Source: Vicinamibacterales bacterium (lineage in GTDB: Bacteria; Acidobacteriota; Vicinamibacteria; Vicinamibacterales; SCN-69-37). From it: 64,000 nucleotides of DNA. The position numbers and the translations under genes were made by a program. Positions 1 to 10,000 of this stretch are shown here, piece after piece (the stretch's first letter is position 1; the number at the start of each line of letters is the position of its first letter). A model generated the notes under the pieces. It worked only from the letters and a program-made list of their open reading frames with translations, made no database searches and was not told the DNA's origin. Location of the stretch: the NCBI GenBank assembly GCA_030827135.1, contig JAURFE010000001.1, positions 750,368 through 814,367 of the forward strand. The letters run 5' to 3'.

Positions 1-3000
1 ATCCCGGTTCAGTCTCGCGAAGCGCTCGAGGACGGTCTACGGCAGCTTGTCGCAAACGGCGCGCAGTCGGCGCCGCGGCCGACCGGCGAGCCGGACGTGG
101 ACGCGCTGGTCGCGCGGTATCTCGCGGGAGAAGCCGTGGACTGGCGCAGTTTTCACCAGAATCGTGGCGGCCGGTACATCACGCTGCCGCCGTTCCCGTT
201 CCGGCGGACCCGTTTCTGGTACGACCCCAGACCGAAAGGCGGCGTCCATCCATTGCTTTCGCGCCGGCTGCCGGAGACGGCTGCCGGGGCAACGACGGCG
301 AGTTGGGACGTCACCGCCGACCCGGCCCAGCTGTCGTACCTCCGTCAGCATCGGCTCCTTGGTCAGCCGGTCTGGCCGGTGTCAGCCTTCGTTGAGCTCG
401 CGCTGGCGGCTGGTCGTGCGTCGGATCCATCGCGGCCGTTTCGCCTGCGCAACGTGAGGTTTCCTCGGTCCCTCGAGTCCTGCCCACCAGACCGGCAGGC
501 CGTGCAGGCGTCGCTCGAGCATCCAGGCAGCACGGTGTCCGACTTCACGCTGTGGAGCCGCGCCGGTGAATCGAGCGCCTGGACGGATCATTGCCGCGCT
601 ACGATCGACCGCTCGGAGGCCTCGCCAGAGACGGGTGCCGGATCCCGCATCGACTTCGGCCTGATGTTCTTCGCCGCCCGCGACGAAAGCACCAGCGGTG
701 AACGGTACGACCTCGTGTTGGAGGCGGCGCGATTCGCCGATCGGGAGGGCTTCACCAGTGTCTGGGTGCCCGAGCGGCACTTCACGGCCATGGGCAGCCT
801 GTATCCGAACCCGTCGGTTCTGCACGCCGCGCTCGCCCGCGAGACGCGTCACGTGCGGCTGATGGCGGGTAGCGTCGTCGTGCCGCTGCACAATCCGGTA
901 CGCATCGCCGAGGAATGGGCGGTCGTGGACAACCTGTCGGGTGGCCGCGTCGGGATGTCGTTCGCGTCGGGCTGGAACCCGCACGATTTCGTCCTGGCGC
1001 CCGGGAAGTTCGCCGAGCGCCATCGGCTGCTGTACGAAGGCATTGCGCAGCTGCGCACGCTCTGGCGCGGCGAGCCCTTCGAGCACGTGGACGACACGGG
1101 CAAGGTGTCGAAGCTCCGGACGTATCCGACGCCAATACAGCCCGAGCTGCCGGTCTGGATCACGGCCGCGCGCAGCCCGCAATCCTTCGAGCAGGCGGGT
1201 GCGCTTGGCGCGAACCTGCTCACGCACCTGCTCGACCAGGATATTGACGCACTTGCGGCGCAGGTCGCGCGCTACCGCGCCGCCCGCGAGCGCGCGGGGT
1301 TCGATCCAGCGACGGGACGCGTCACGGTGATGTGCCACACCTTCATCGGTCGCGATCGGGAGACCGTCGATCGGCTGACGCGAAAGCCGTTCTGCGACTA
1401 CCTGAAGACGAACATCGGGCTGTTTGCGGATCTGGCGCGCAGCCGTTCGCGCGACGCGGATCTCTCGACCCTACCGCCCGGCGAGATCGACGAGTTCGTG
1501 AATTTCCTGTATGACCGGTTCGCCGGCACGCGCGCCCTGATTGGCACGGTCGAATCCTGCCGTGACATGGTCGTGAGACTCGACGCGGCCGGGGTCGATG
1601 AAATCGCCTGCCTGCTCGACTTCGGTCCGCCGTCGCGCGAGGTGTTCGAGTCGCTTCCCGCGCTGCTCGACTTACGCCACGCCACGCGGCCACCGGCCCC
1701 GGCGCGGCCGGCCCATGAAGGTGTGGTGCGGCTGCGCGACGCCCGCGCCCATTGCGGCACGGCCGTTCCGGTCGATGCCCTGTACACGCGGCTCGAGCTC
1801 GCAGGCCAGCACGTCGATCCCGTGGACCGCCTGCTGACCGAGGTCTCCCGCACCGACGGCGAGTCAATGGCCCGCATCGACGCAAGCGCGCTGCCCGACC
1901 GCGAGGCGTACGCGATGCATCCGGCGATCCTGGACGCGTGCCTCCAGTCGATGGTCGCGGCGCTTCCGCAGGGCGCCGACACCGTCTATCTGCCTTTGCG
2001 CATCGACTCGGTCCGATCAGTGGCTCCCGCGCACGGTGTGCTGTGGAGCCTCGGCCGACTCACGGCCGACACAGGCGACACGATCGTTGCAGATCTTTCG
2101 GTACTGACCGACGCGGGCGACCTCGTGTTCGAGGCACGCGGGGTCACGGCTCAGAAGCGCCGGCTTCAACCAGAGACGGCCGCCCGGGAACGGCGCACCG
2201 ACACAGATTTCTTCGAAGTGACGTGGGAGCCGGCCGACTCACCCAATCTGGCCGCGACAGGCCAGACGCAGCCGTGGCTCATCCTTGGCGAAGGCCGAGG
2301 TATCGCCCGGACGCTCCGCGCGACCTTGAAGCGCCTCGGCGTGCCGGCGATTGTCGCGTCCATCGGATCCAGCGGTACCGCAACAGACGCACGGGAACTT
2401 ACGGCGGACCTCGACTCGGCATCGAGCACGAGACAATTCCTCGATACCCTCGGCGTTCCGCCGGACCGGCTGGCCAACATCGTGTACCTCGGCGCACTTG
2501 ACGCCGCCGTCGCCGATATCGATCAATCCCGTCGGCTCGCCCTGCACATTCCGTTGTTCCTGGCGCAGGCGCTTTCGACCGCGTACAGCCCCACGCCGTT
2601 GTGGTTCGTCACGGCCGGCGCAGTCCACGTGCCGCAAGTCCCGCGTGCCATGCACCCGGGACAAGCGCCGCTGTGGGGATTCGGCCGAGCCCTCGCGCGG
2701 GAATACGCCGCCCGCCGGAGCGGCCTGGTCGATCTTGATCCGATCGCCTCAACCGCGCAACAGACGGCCCAGCTGTACGACGCGGTCGCCCGCGGCGACC
2801 GCGAAGATCAATTCGCGATGCGCGACGGACAGACGTTCGTCCCGCGGCTGGCGCGGTACGCGCCGAGTGACGATGCGCCCGTCCGCCTGCACGTGCGGCC
2901 GGATGCAAGTTATCTGATTACGGGCGGCGCTGGAGGTCTGGGCACGGCCGTGGCGCAATGGCTGGCGAGCCACGGCGCCGGGGCGATCATCCTCGCCGGG

Positions 3001-3939
3001 CGCAGGCCGTCCGCAGCGCATGCGAACGAGGCGCTGGCCGTCGAGCTGGGCGCACGGGTGCGCTACATCGAGATGGATGTGGCCGACGAGACCGCGGTCG
3101 AGACGTTCCTCGCAGAGCACACGCGGACCCATCCCGACCGCCCGCTGCGCGGCGTCGTACACGCGGCTGGCGTGTGGGAGGACCGGGCCATCGCCGAGAT
3201 GGACACAGCCTCGCTCGATCGGGTGCTTCGACCCAAAGTGTCCGGCGTCGCGGTCCTCGATCGGCTCCTGGATGATCACGCGCTCGATTTCTTCGTGCTT
3301 TTCTCGAGCTTCTCCTCGATCGTGCCACCGGCAGGACAGGCCAGTTACGCCGCCGCCAACGCCTTCCTTGACGCCGTCGTGCAGGATCGCCGCGACCGCG
3401 GACGGCCGGCGTTGAGCATCAACTGGGGCCCATGGTCGGACGTCGGCTTCGCATCGACCGGCACCGGGGCAGCGGCCCACCGGGTCCTGGAGCATTCCGG
3501 GATCTCTCGGTTCACGCCTGCCGAGGGCGTCGCGCGCCTGGAGCGCCTGCTGCGGACGTCGTCGCTTCCGGCGCACGTGGGCGTGATCACGCTGGATGTC
3601 GCCAGGCTTCACGCGGCGGACCCCTGGGTCGCAAACGCCCCGATTTTCGCGAATTTCATCAACGGAGGCGTCCGGCGTGCTGCGCCGACGGCGGCTGCGG
3701 CGCCCATCACCGACGCGGCCGCATTGCGCCACCTGCTCACCCTGACCGTTTCTGAAGTCCTGCAGCTGCCCGCCCCCGGAGCAGCCACCGACGTGCCTCT
3801 CGACGAGCTCGGACTCGACTCGCTGATGGCCGTGGAGATCAAGAACCGGCTGGCCGCGGAGGCTGGCGTGGACATCCCTCTCGTCGAGCTGTTGAAAGGC
3901 ACGACGATCGCGTCGCTGGCGGAGCGGATCAGGCCATGA
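1..3939 (+). CDS. Type I polyketide synthase, 3' portion (5' end upstream of window): post-AT linker, DH split by an LLM monooxygenase domain, KR, ACP
   Basis: Frame 1 is open from nt 1; the track ORF 97..3939 merely begins at an internal GTG. Motifs in translation: HPLL...HRLLGQPVWP (DH HxxxGxxxxP), IDFGLMFFAA/GFTSVWVPERHF (bacterial luciferase/LLM family), HPAILDACLQ (DH DxxxQ), YLITGGAGGLG and SYAAANAF (KR), LGLDSLMAVE (ACP Ser). Stop overlaps the next start (ATGA at 3936-3939). Confidence 0.9.
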   Translation: MPVQSREALEDGLRQLVANGAQSAPRPTGEPDVDALVARYLAGEAVDWRSFHQNRGGRYITLPPFPFRRTRFWYDPRPKGGVHPLLSRRLPETAAGATTASWDVTADPAQLSYLRQHRLLGQPVWPVSAFVELALAAGRASDPSRPFRLRNVRFPRSLESCPPDRQAVQASLEHPGSTVSDFTLWSRAGESSAWTDHCRATIDRSEASPETGAGSRIDFGLMFFAARDESTSGERYDLVLEAARFADREGFTSVWVPERHFTAMGSLYPNPSVLHAALARETRHVRLMAGSVVVPLHNPVRIAEEWAVVDNLSGGRVGMSFASGWNPHDFVLAPGKFAERHRLLYEGIAQLRTLWRGEPFEHVDDTGKVSKLRTYPTPIQPELPVWITAARSPQSFEQAGALGANLLTHLLDQDIDALAAQVARYRAARERAGFDPATGRVTVMCHTFIGRDRETVDRLTRKPFCDYLKTNIGLFADLARSRSRDADLSTLPPGEIDEFVNFLYDRFAGTRALIGTVESCRDMVVRLDAAGVDEIACLLDFGPPSREVFESLPALLDLRHATRPPAPARPAHEGVVRLRDARAHCGTAVPVDALYTRLELAGQHVDPVDRLLTEVSRTDGESMARIDASALPDREAYAMHPAILDACLQSMVAALPQGADTVYLPLRIDSVRSVAPAHGVLWSLGRLTADTGDTIVADLSVLTDAGDLVFEARGVTAQKRRLQPETAARERRTDTDFFEVTWEPADSPNLAATGQTQPWLILGEGRGIARTLRATLKRLGVPAIVASIGSSGTATDARELTADLDSASSTRQFLDTLGVPPDRLANIVYLGALDAAVADIDQSRRLALHIPLFLAQALSTAYSPTPLWFVTAGAVHVPQVPRAMHPGQAPLWGFGRALAREYAARRSGLVDLDPIASTAQQTAQLYDAVARGDREDQFAMRDGQTFVPRLARYAPSDDAPVRLHVRPDASYLITGGAGGLGTAVAQWLASHGAGAIILAGRRPSAAHANEALAVELGARVRYIEMDVADETAVETFLAEHTRTHPDRPLRGVVHAAGVWEDRAIAEMDTASLDRVLRPKVSGVAVLDRLLDDHALDFFVLFSSFSSIVPPAGQASYAAANAFLDAVVQDRRDRGRPALSINWGPWSDVGFASTGTGAAAHRVLEHSGISRFTPAEGVARLERLLRTSSLPAHVGVITLDVARLHAADPWVANAPIFANFINGGVRRAAPTAAAAPITDAAALRHLLTLTVSEVLQLPAPGAATDVPLDELGLDSLMAVEIKNRLAAEAGVDIPLVELLKGTTIASLAERIRP
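247..612 (+). other. PKS DH domain, N-terminal hot-dog half (approx.)
   Basis: VHPLLSRRLPE...LSYLRQHRLLGQPVWPVSAFVELALAAG: canonical DH N-terminus with catalytic His motif HxxxGxxxxP (His codon near nt 349). Confidence 0.75.
649..1677 (+). other. Luciferase-like (FMN-dependent, LLM family) monooxygenase domain embedded in the PKS (approx.)
   Basis: IDFGLMFFAARDES...YDLVLEAARFADREGFTSVWVPERHFTAMGSLYPNPSVL...VVPLHNPVRIAEEWAVVDNLSGGRVGMSFASGWNP...DEIACLLDFG: hallmark LLM TIM-barrel sequence of ~345 aa lying between the two DH halves. Confidence 0.85.
1759..2166 (+). other. PKS DH domain, C-terminal hot-dog half, possibly degenerate (approx.)
   Basis: ALYTRLELAGQHVDPVDRLL (position of the GxxYGPxF motif; Tyr replaced) ... 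AMHPAILDACLQS (DxxxQ motif retained). Confidence 0.65.
2209..3636 (+). other. PKS ketoreductase domain (structural + catalytic subdomains, approx.)
   Basis: Rossmann motif YLITGGAGGLGTAVAQWL (nt ~2911), HAAGVWEDR (Asp at the LDD position, B-type-like), catalytic SSxS...YAAAN. Confidence 0.85.
3730..3930 (+). other. PKS acyl carrier protein domain (approx.)
   Basis: DVPLDELGLDSLMAVEIKNRL; phosphopantetheine Ser codon near nt 3820. Confidence 0.85.
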
Positions 3940-6900
3940 ACGGCGCCGCGGGATTGTCACTGGCTCAGCAAAGCCTGTGGTTCCTCCATCGCCTCGAACC
4001 GTCGAGCACGGCGGCGTTCAACGTACGCGCGGCGCTACGCCTGCAGGGACCGCTGCAGCCCGGCGTGCTCACGGCGGCTCTGCAGGCGGTCGTGGACCGG
4101 CACGAGGAGCTCCGCGCGTATGTGGCGTTGTCCGACGACCAACCAGCGCGGTCGATCGCATCGGCGGTCCGGTGCGACATCCCGGTCGTCGATCTGACGA
4201 GCGTGGAGCCATCGGCGCGCGACCGCGAGCGCCAGCGCGTGATCGACGCCGAAGGCCGGCACGTATTCGATCTCGGCGCCGCGCCGCTGTTCCGATGCCG
4301 GCTGTGCCGAACCGCCGCCGACGACTGGTTCCTGGTCCTGACCGCGCACCACATCATCGCTGACGCGTGGTCGCTGGCGGTGATCCTGCGTGACCTCAGC
4401 GCCGCATATCGCCGCCTCACGATCGCCCCGGAGTTACGTTTGCCGGTGCCGTCCCACAGCTATGCGGATTTCGTGGATTGGCAGCGGCGCCGGCTGGCGA
4501 GCCCTCACGCCGGTCAGGACCTCGAGTTCTGGACGAGCGCGCTGGCGGGCCTGGAACCGCTGCGCCTTCCTGCCGACCTCAGCTCCCGCGGGGCCACCTA
4601 CGAGGGAGCGTCGCGCCAGTTCGTCATCCCGCCCGAGACCACCGAGTCGCTGCGCGAGATTAGCCGCCAATCGAAGGCGACCCTGTTCCACACGCTGCTG
4701 GCGGCCTACTCCATCTTCCTGTCCAGGCTCACCGGCCAAACAGACTTTACGGTCGGCACATCCGTCGCCGGACGAGACGATGAGTCGTTTGAACCGCTGG
4801 TGGGCTTCTTCGCGGATCTACTCGTGGTCCGGCAGGACCTCTCGGGGAGGCCGACGTTCGTCGATGTAATCGATCGGGTGCGTCGCCGCAGCCTCGACGC
4901 GCTGGACCATCAGCATGCGCCTTTCGATGCGATCCTCCGCGAGATCAGCCCCGGCAGAACGGGGGACGCGGCCCTGCTGTTCCATGCGATGTTCCTGTTC
5001 ACCAAGAATCCGGCGGCTCAGTTCGATGTGCCGGGCCTCACGGTCTCTGCCCCTCTGCTGCCGAGCGTCACAGCCAAATACCCGTTGAGCCTGCACATCG
5101 AGGACGACGGCGAGAGTCTCCGCGGGCTGATCGAATGTCGCACCGCGCTCTTCTCATCCAGACGCATCGATCAGCTGCATCGTCACTGGCTCCACCTGAT
5201 CACGGGACTCGCGCGCCAGCCAAGTGCCTCGGTGGCTGCGGTTGCGATGCTGGATCGCGCGGAAGAACACCGTGTGACCTTGGGCCGCAATGCTCCGGGC
5301 ACCCCGTCGTCGGCCACGACTCTCCACGAGCGGTTTTCCAGACAGGCGGAAACGCAGGCGGCGCGCACCGCCGTGAGCGACGCACACGGCGACGTGACCT
5401 ATGGCGAGCTCGAGGCCCGGGCGAATCAGATCGCCTGGCGGTTGCGCGAGATGGGGGTGCGTCCCGAGACACGAGTGGGCCTGTGTCTCGGACGCTCCGC
5501 GGACGCGATCGTAGCCCTGCTGGCCGTGGTGAAGGCGGGCGGCGCCTATGTACCGTTGGACCCTGCCTACCCCACGACGCGGCTCGGATATCTCATCGCG
5601 GACGCCAACATCGAGATCGTGGTTACGCGGCGAGAGGACGCCTCGGCCGTTCCGGCGTCGGCGAATCTCCGCATCCTCGACCTCGATGCGGTCGGCGCCC
5701 TCCTGCCGGACGCGCCACCGCTTGGCGCCCCACCGGTGTCCTGCCAGCCGGACAACGCGGCCTACGTGATCTACACATCAGGCTCCACCGGTCAACCCAA
5801 AGGTGTCGTGGTCACGCACGGCAACGCGACCCGGCTGTTTCAGGCGACCACCGAGTGGTTCCGTTTTGGTCCCGACGACGTGTGGGTCCTGTTCCATTCA
5901 CTCTCGTTCGATTTTTCAGTCTGGGAAGTCTGGGGAGCGCTGCTCCACGGCGGCCGTCTCGTCGTGGCCCCGTATCTGACGACACGATCTCCGGAGGCGT
6001 TTCGGCGACTGCTCGTCGATGAGCGCGTGACGGTGCTGAACCAGACGCCGTCGGCGTTCCGGCAGCTCATTGACGCCGACCGTTCGGCCTCGGGGCCGGC
6101 CGACTTCTCACTGCGCTGGATCGTCTTTGGTGGCGAGGCGCTCGATCCGGCAATGCTTCGGCCGTGGGTCGAGCGGTACGGAGAAGCCCGTCCTCAGCTC
6201 GCGAACATGTACGGAATCACCGAGACCACGGTCCACGTCACGTTCCGTCCGCTGTCGTCGGCCGACGTCTTCGGCGAACCGCGGAGCGCGATCGGCGAGC
6301 GGATTCCGGATCTCGAGCTTTACGTGCTCGATCGGGCGCAGCGGCCGGTTCCCGAAGGCGTCACGGGTGAGTTGTTCGTGGGCGGCGCCGGCGTCGCCCG
6401 CGGGTACCTCGGAAGGGCCGCGCTGACGGCCGAGCGCTTCGTGCCGAATCCGTATGGCCGGCGCGGGTCACGGCTCTATCGCACGGGCGATTTGGCGCGT
6501 TGGCTCGACAACGGCGACCTCGAATACCTCGGACGCGCGGATGGACAGATCAAGATTCGCGGCTTCCGCGTGGAGCCCTTCGAGATCGAAGAGGTCGTGC
6601 GACGGCATGACGCCGTCCGTGATGCGGTGATCGACCTGCGAGGCCGCGGCGACGGCGCGCGCCTGGTGGCGTACGTCATCCCGGCACCCGGCCGTACGCC
6701 GGCGCCAGCCGACCTGCACACGTGGTGCGTCGCGCGCCTGCCGGCTCACATGGTGCCGGCCGTCTTCGTGTCGGTCGCCTCGTGGCCGATGACGGTGAAC
6801 GGCAAGCTCGATCGCACGGCCCTCCCGGCGCCAGATGATGGGGCCCTGGTGCACCGTGGAGAAGAAGAACCGAAGACGGAGGCAGAGCGCGCCATCGCCA

Positions 6901-7080
6901 AGGTGTGGGCCGGGGTGCTCGGCCTCGCGCGTGTCAACCGCGATGACAACTTTTTCGAGCTGGGCGGCGACTCGATCCTCTGCCTGCGCGTGCTGTCCGG
7001 CCTGCGACGGCACGGCCTGATGTGCAGCCTGGCTGATCTGTACCGCTGCGGCAGCGTCCGCGAGCTCGCGGCGATTGCCA
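3936..7080 (+). other. NRPS module 1: C(acyl-accepting)-A(Thr)-T
   Basis: A-domain code read by eye as DFWNIGMVHK (FDFSVWE / VLNQTPS / IVFGGEA / NMYGITETTVH), the canonical Thr code. T domain has GGDSI (E-type PCP signature). C His motif is HHIIADAWS (Gly to Ala). Confidence 0.75.
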
Positions 7081-10000
7081 CGCCCGGCGGCGACCATGTG
7101 CCGGCCGTCGCGCCCTTCGCCCTCATCAACAGTGACGACCGGGGTCAGCTGCCAGCCGGGGTTGTCGACGCCTATCCACTGACGCGGCTACAGAGAGGGA
7201 TGCTGTTTCACCGCGAGCTGGCGCCGGGCACGGCCGTCTACCACGACGTCTTCAGCGTCCAGCTCCGGCTCCCGTGGAATCCCGCCGCCTTCACGACGGT
7301 GGTGCAGCAACTGGCGGAGGCGCACGCTGCGCTGCGGACGAGTGTCGACTCGGGCACGTTCAGCCAGCCACTGCAACTCGTCCACCACACCGCACGGGTG
7401 AGCTGCACATTCGCGGACCTGTCCGCGCACGACACCGATGCCCAAGACGCGGAGGTGGCTCGCGTCGTCGCCGACGAACAGGCGACGGAGTTCAACCTGT
7501 CGGCGCCGCCATTGTGCCGGTTCCACATGGTCCGCCGCTCGGGTGGTGCCGTCCAGATCGTCTTCGGGTTCCACCACGTGATTCTCGACGGATGGAGCGT
7601 GGCCTCGTTGATGACCTCGCTGATCGAGGCCTACCGCGCCCTCTGCCAGGGCCAGGCGCTCGAACATCCGGACACGCCCGGGCCAGGCATCGCCGTCGCC
7701 CGCGAACAGGAAGCCCTGGGAGCGGAAGACAGCCGCCGCTTCTGGCAATCCGAGCCGCTGCCGGCCATGGAGCTGCCCAGACATCCGCCGGCGTCGTCTG
7801 AGCCGGACGCGCGGCGCTCAGTCGCGCGCCTCACAGTGCCGTTGAGTGCGGCGCTTTCGGCCGGGCTCCATGAGATCGCCGCGCGCGCGCACACGCACGT
7901 GAAGAGCGTGCTGCTCGCGGCGCACCTCCTGGTGCTCTCCAGGCTCGCCGGCCAGTCCGACGCCGTGACGGGCCTGGTGATGAACACGAGGCCAGAGACC
8001 GACGACGGGGAGCGCATCCTTGGCCTGTTCCTGAATACGGTGCCGTTTCATGTCGACGTGTCGACGCCGACGTTTGTCGAGCTCGTCCGGCGCGTGGCCG
8101 CACGTGAGCAGACATTGCTGGTGCATCGGCATTTCCCGATGCACGAGATCCGCCAGATTCGGGGCGGTCGCGCGTTGTTTGACGCGGCCTTCAACTTCAT
8201 CCACTTCCACGTCTACCGTCAGCTGCTGCGCCCCGGGGGCCTGGAGGTAATCGGCCACGAGTTTCTCGAGGAAACCGACTTCCCGTTCCTGGCGCAGTTT
8301 GCGGTCTATCCCGACGGGACGTCCATCGAACTCCAGCTCACCTACGCCGCCCGGGAGTTTTCGGCGGCCTATGTCCGTCGAATCGCCAGCTCCTACGAGC
8401 GCGTACTCGAAGCGGCGGTCGCCCGGCCGCAGGCCGCGCCCTCCACCTACGCGCTGATCTCCTCTTCGGAGGCGGCGGACGTTTTGAGTTGGCGTGGCCA
8501 GGGACAGACCTATCCCGAGGCGCCGAGTCTTCCGGCCTGGTTCAGCACAGTCGCGGCCAGACACGGGGACGCCGTCGCGATCACGAGTGCCGATGGCACG
8601 CTCACATATGCGGCGCTCGATCGCCAGTCCACGCAAATGGCGCACGCGCTTCGCCGCCTCGGCGTGGGGCCCGAGACGCGCGTCGGGCTGGCCATGGAGC
8701 GCACGCCGTCGCTGCTCGTCGGCCTGCTCGCGATTCTCAAGGCCGGTGGTGCGTATGTGCCGCTCGACCCGGCGTACCCGCCGGCTCGGCGCAGGTTCAT
8801 GCTCGACGACAGCCGCGTGCGGCTTGTCCTCACCGACGGGCGCGTCCCCGTCCCGGCGGAGATACCCGCCTTCGACGTCAGCGACGTCGCCGCGTGGCAG
8901 CACGAGTTGACGACGCCAATCGAGCCGGCCCCGCAACCGGATCACCCGGCGTATGTGATCTACACGTCCGGGTCGACCGGCCAGCCGAAGGGCGTGGTCG
9001 TCACCCATCGGAATGTCACGCGGTTGTTTCAGGCGGCCGCGGCACACTTCACGTTCGGTCCAAGCGATGTGTGGACGCTGTTTCACTCAATCGCTTTCGA
9101 CTTTTCGGTCTGGGAACTATGGGGCGCGTGGCTCTACGGCGGGAGGCTCGTGCTCGTCGACTACGAGACCAGCCGCACGCCCGAGCGCTTCTATGGGCTA
9201 CTGGCCGACGAAGGCGTCACGGTCCTCAACCAGACTCCGTCGGCCTTCCGGCAGCTCCTTGGCGTCGACGACACACAGCGTCGCCCGCTGGCGCTGCGGT
9301 ACATTATCTTCGGCGGCGAAGCGCTCGACCTGGCACTCCTGGCGCCCTGGGTCGCGCGGCATGGTGACGCTGCGCCGGCACTCGTCAACATGTACGGCAT
9401 CACCGAGACGACCGTCCATGTCACCCATCGCCGGATCCGGCGTGCGGACGTTCTTGGCGGCGCAGGCAGCCTGATCGGCCAGCCGCTCGGCGATCTGCAG
9501 CTCTACGTGCTCGACCGGCACCAGCAGCTGGTAGCGTCGGGGCTCCCGGGCGAGTTGTATGTCGGGGGCGAGGGCCTGGCGCGCGGATATCTCGCGCAGC
9601 CCGCCATGACCGCGAGCCGCTTCGGCCCTAATCCGTTTGGGGCCGGCCGGCTGTATCGCACGGGCGACGCGGCGCGGTGGCTGGACGGGGGCGAGCTCGA
9701 GTATCTCGGCCGACTGGACGATCAAGTGAAGATCCGTGGCTTCCGCATCGAGCTCGGTGAAATCGCGTCGGTGCTTCGCGAGCACGGGGGCCTCCGCGAG
9801 GCAGCGGTCATCGCCCGCCGGCAGCCGAGCGGCGAACCGCAGCTGATCGCCTACGGCATCGCCGCGGGGTCGCCGGCGCCGACCGCGGCCACCCTCCGCA
9901 TCGCCGCCCAGCAGTGGCTCCCGGCGCACATGGTGCCGGCCGCGTTCGTCCTCCTCGATGCCCTGCCGCTCACCCGTCATGGCAAGCTCGACCGCGATGC

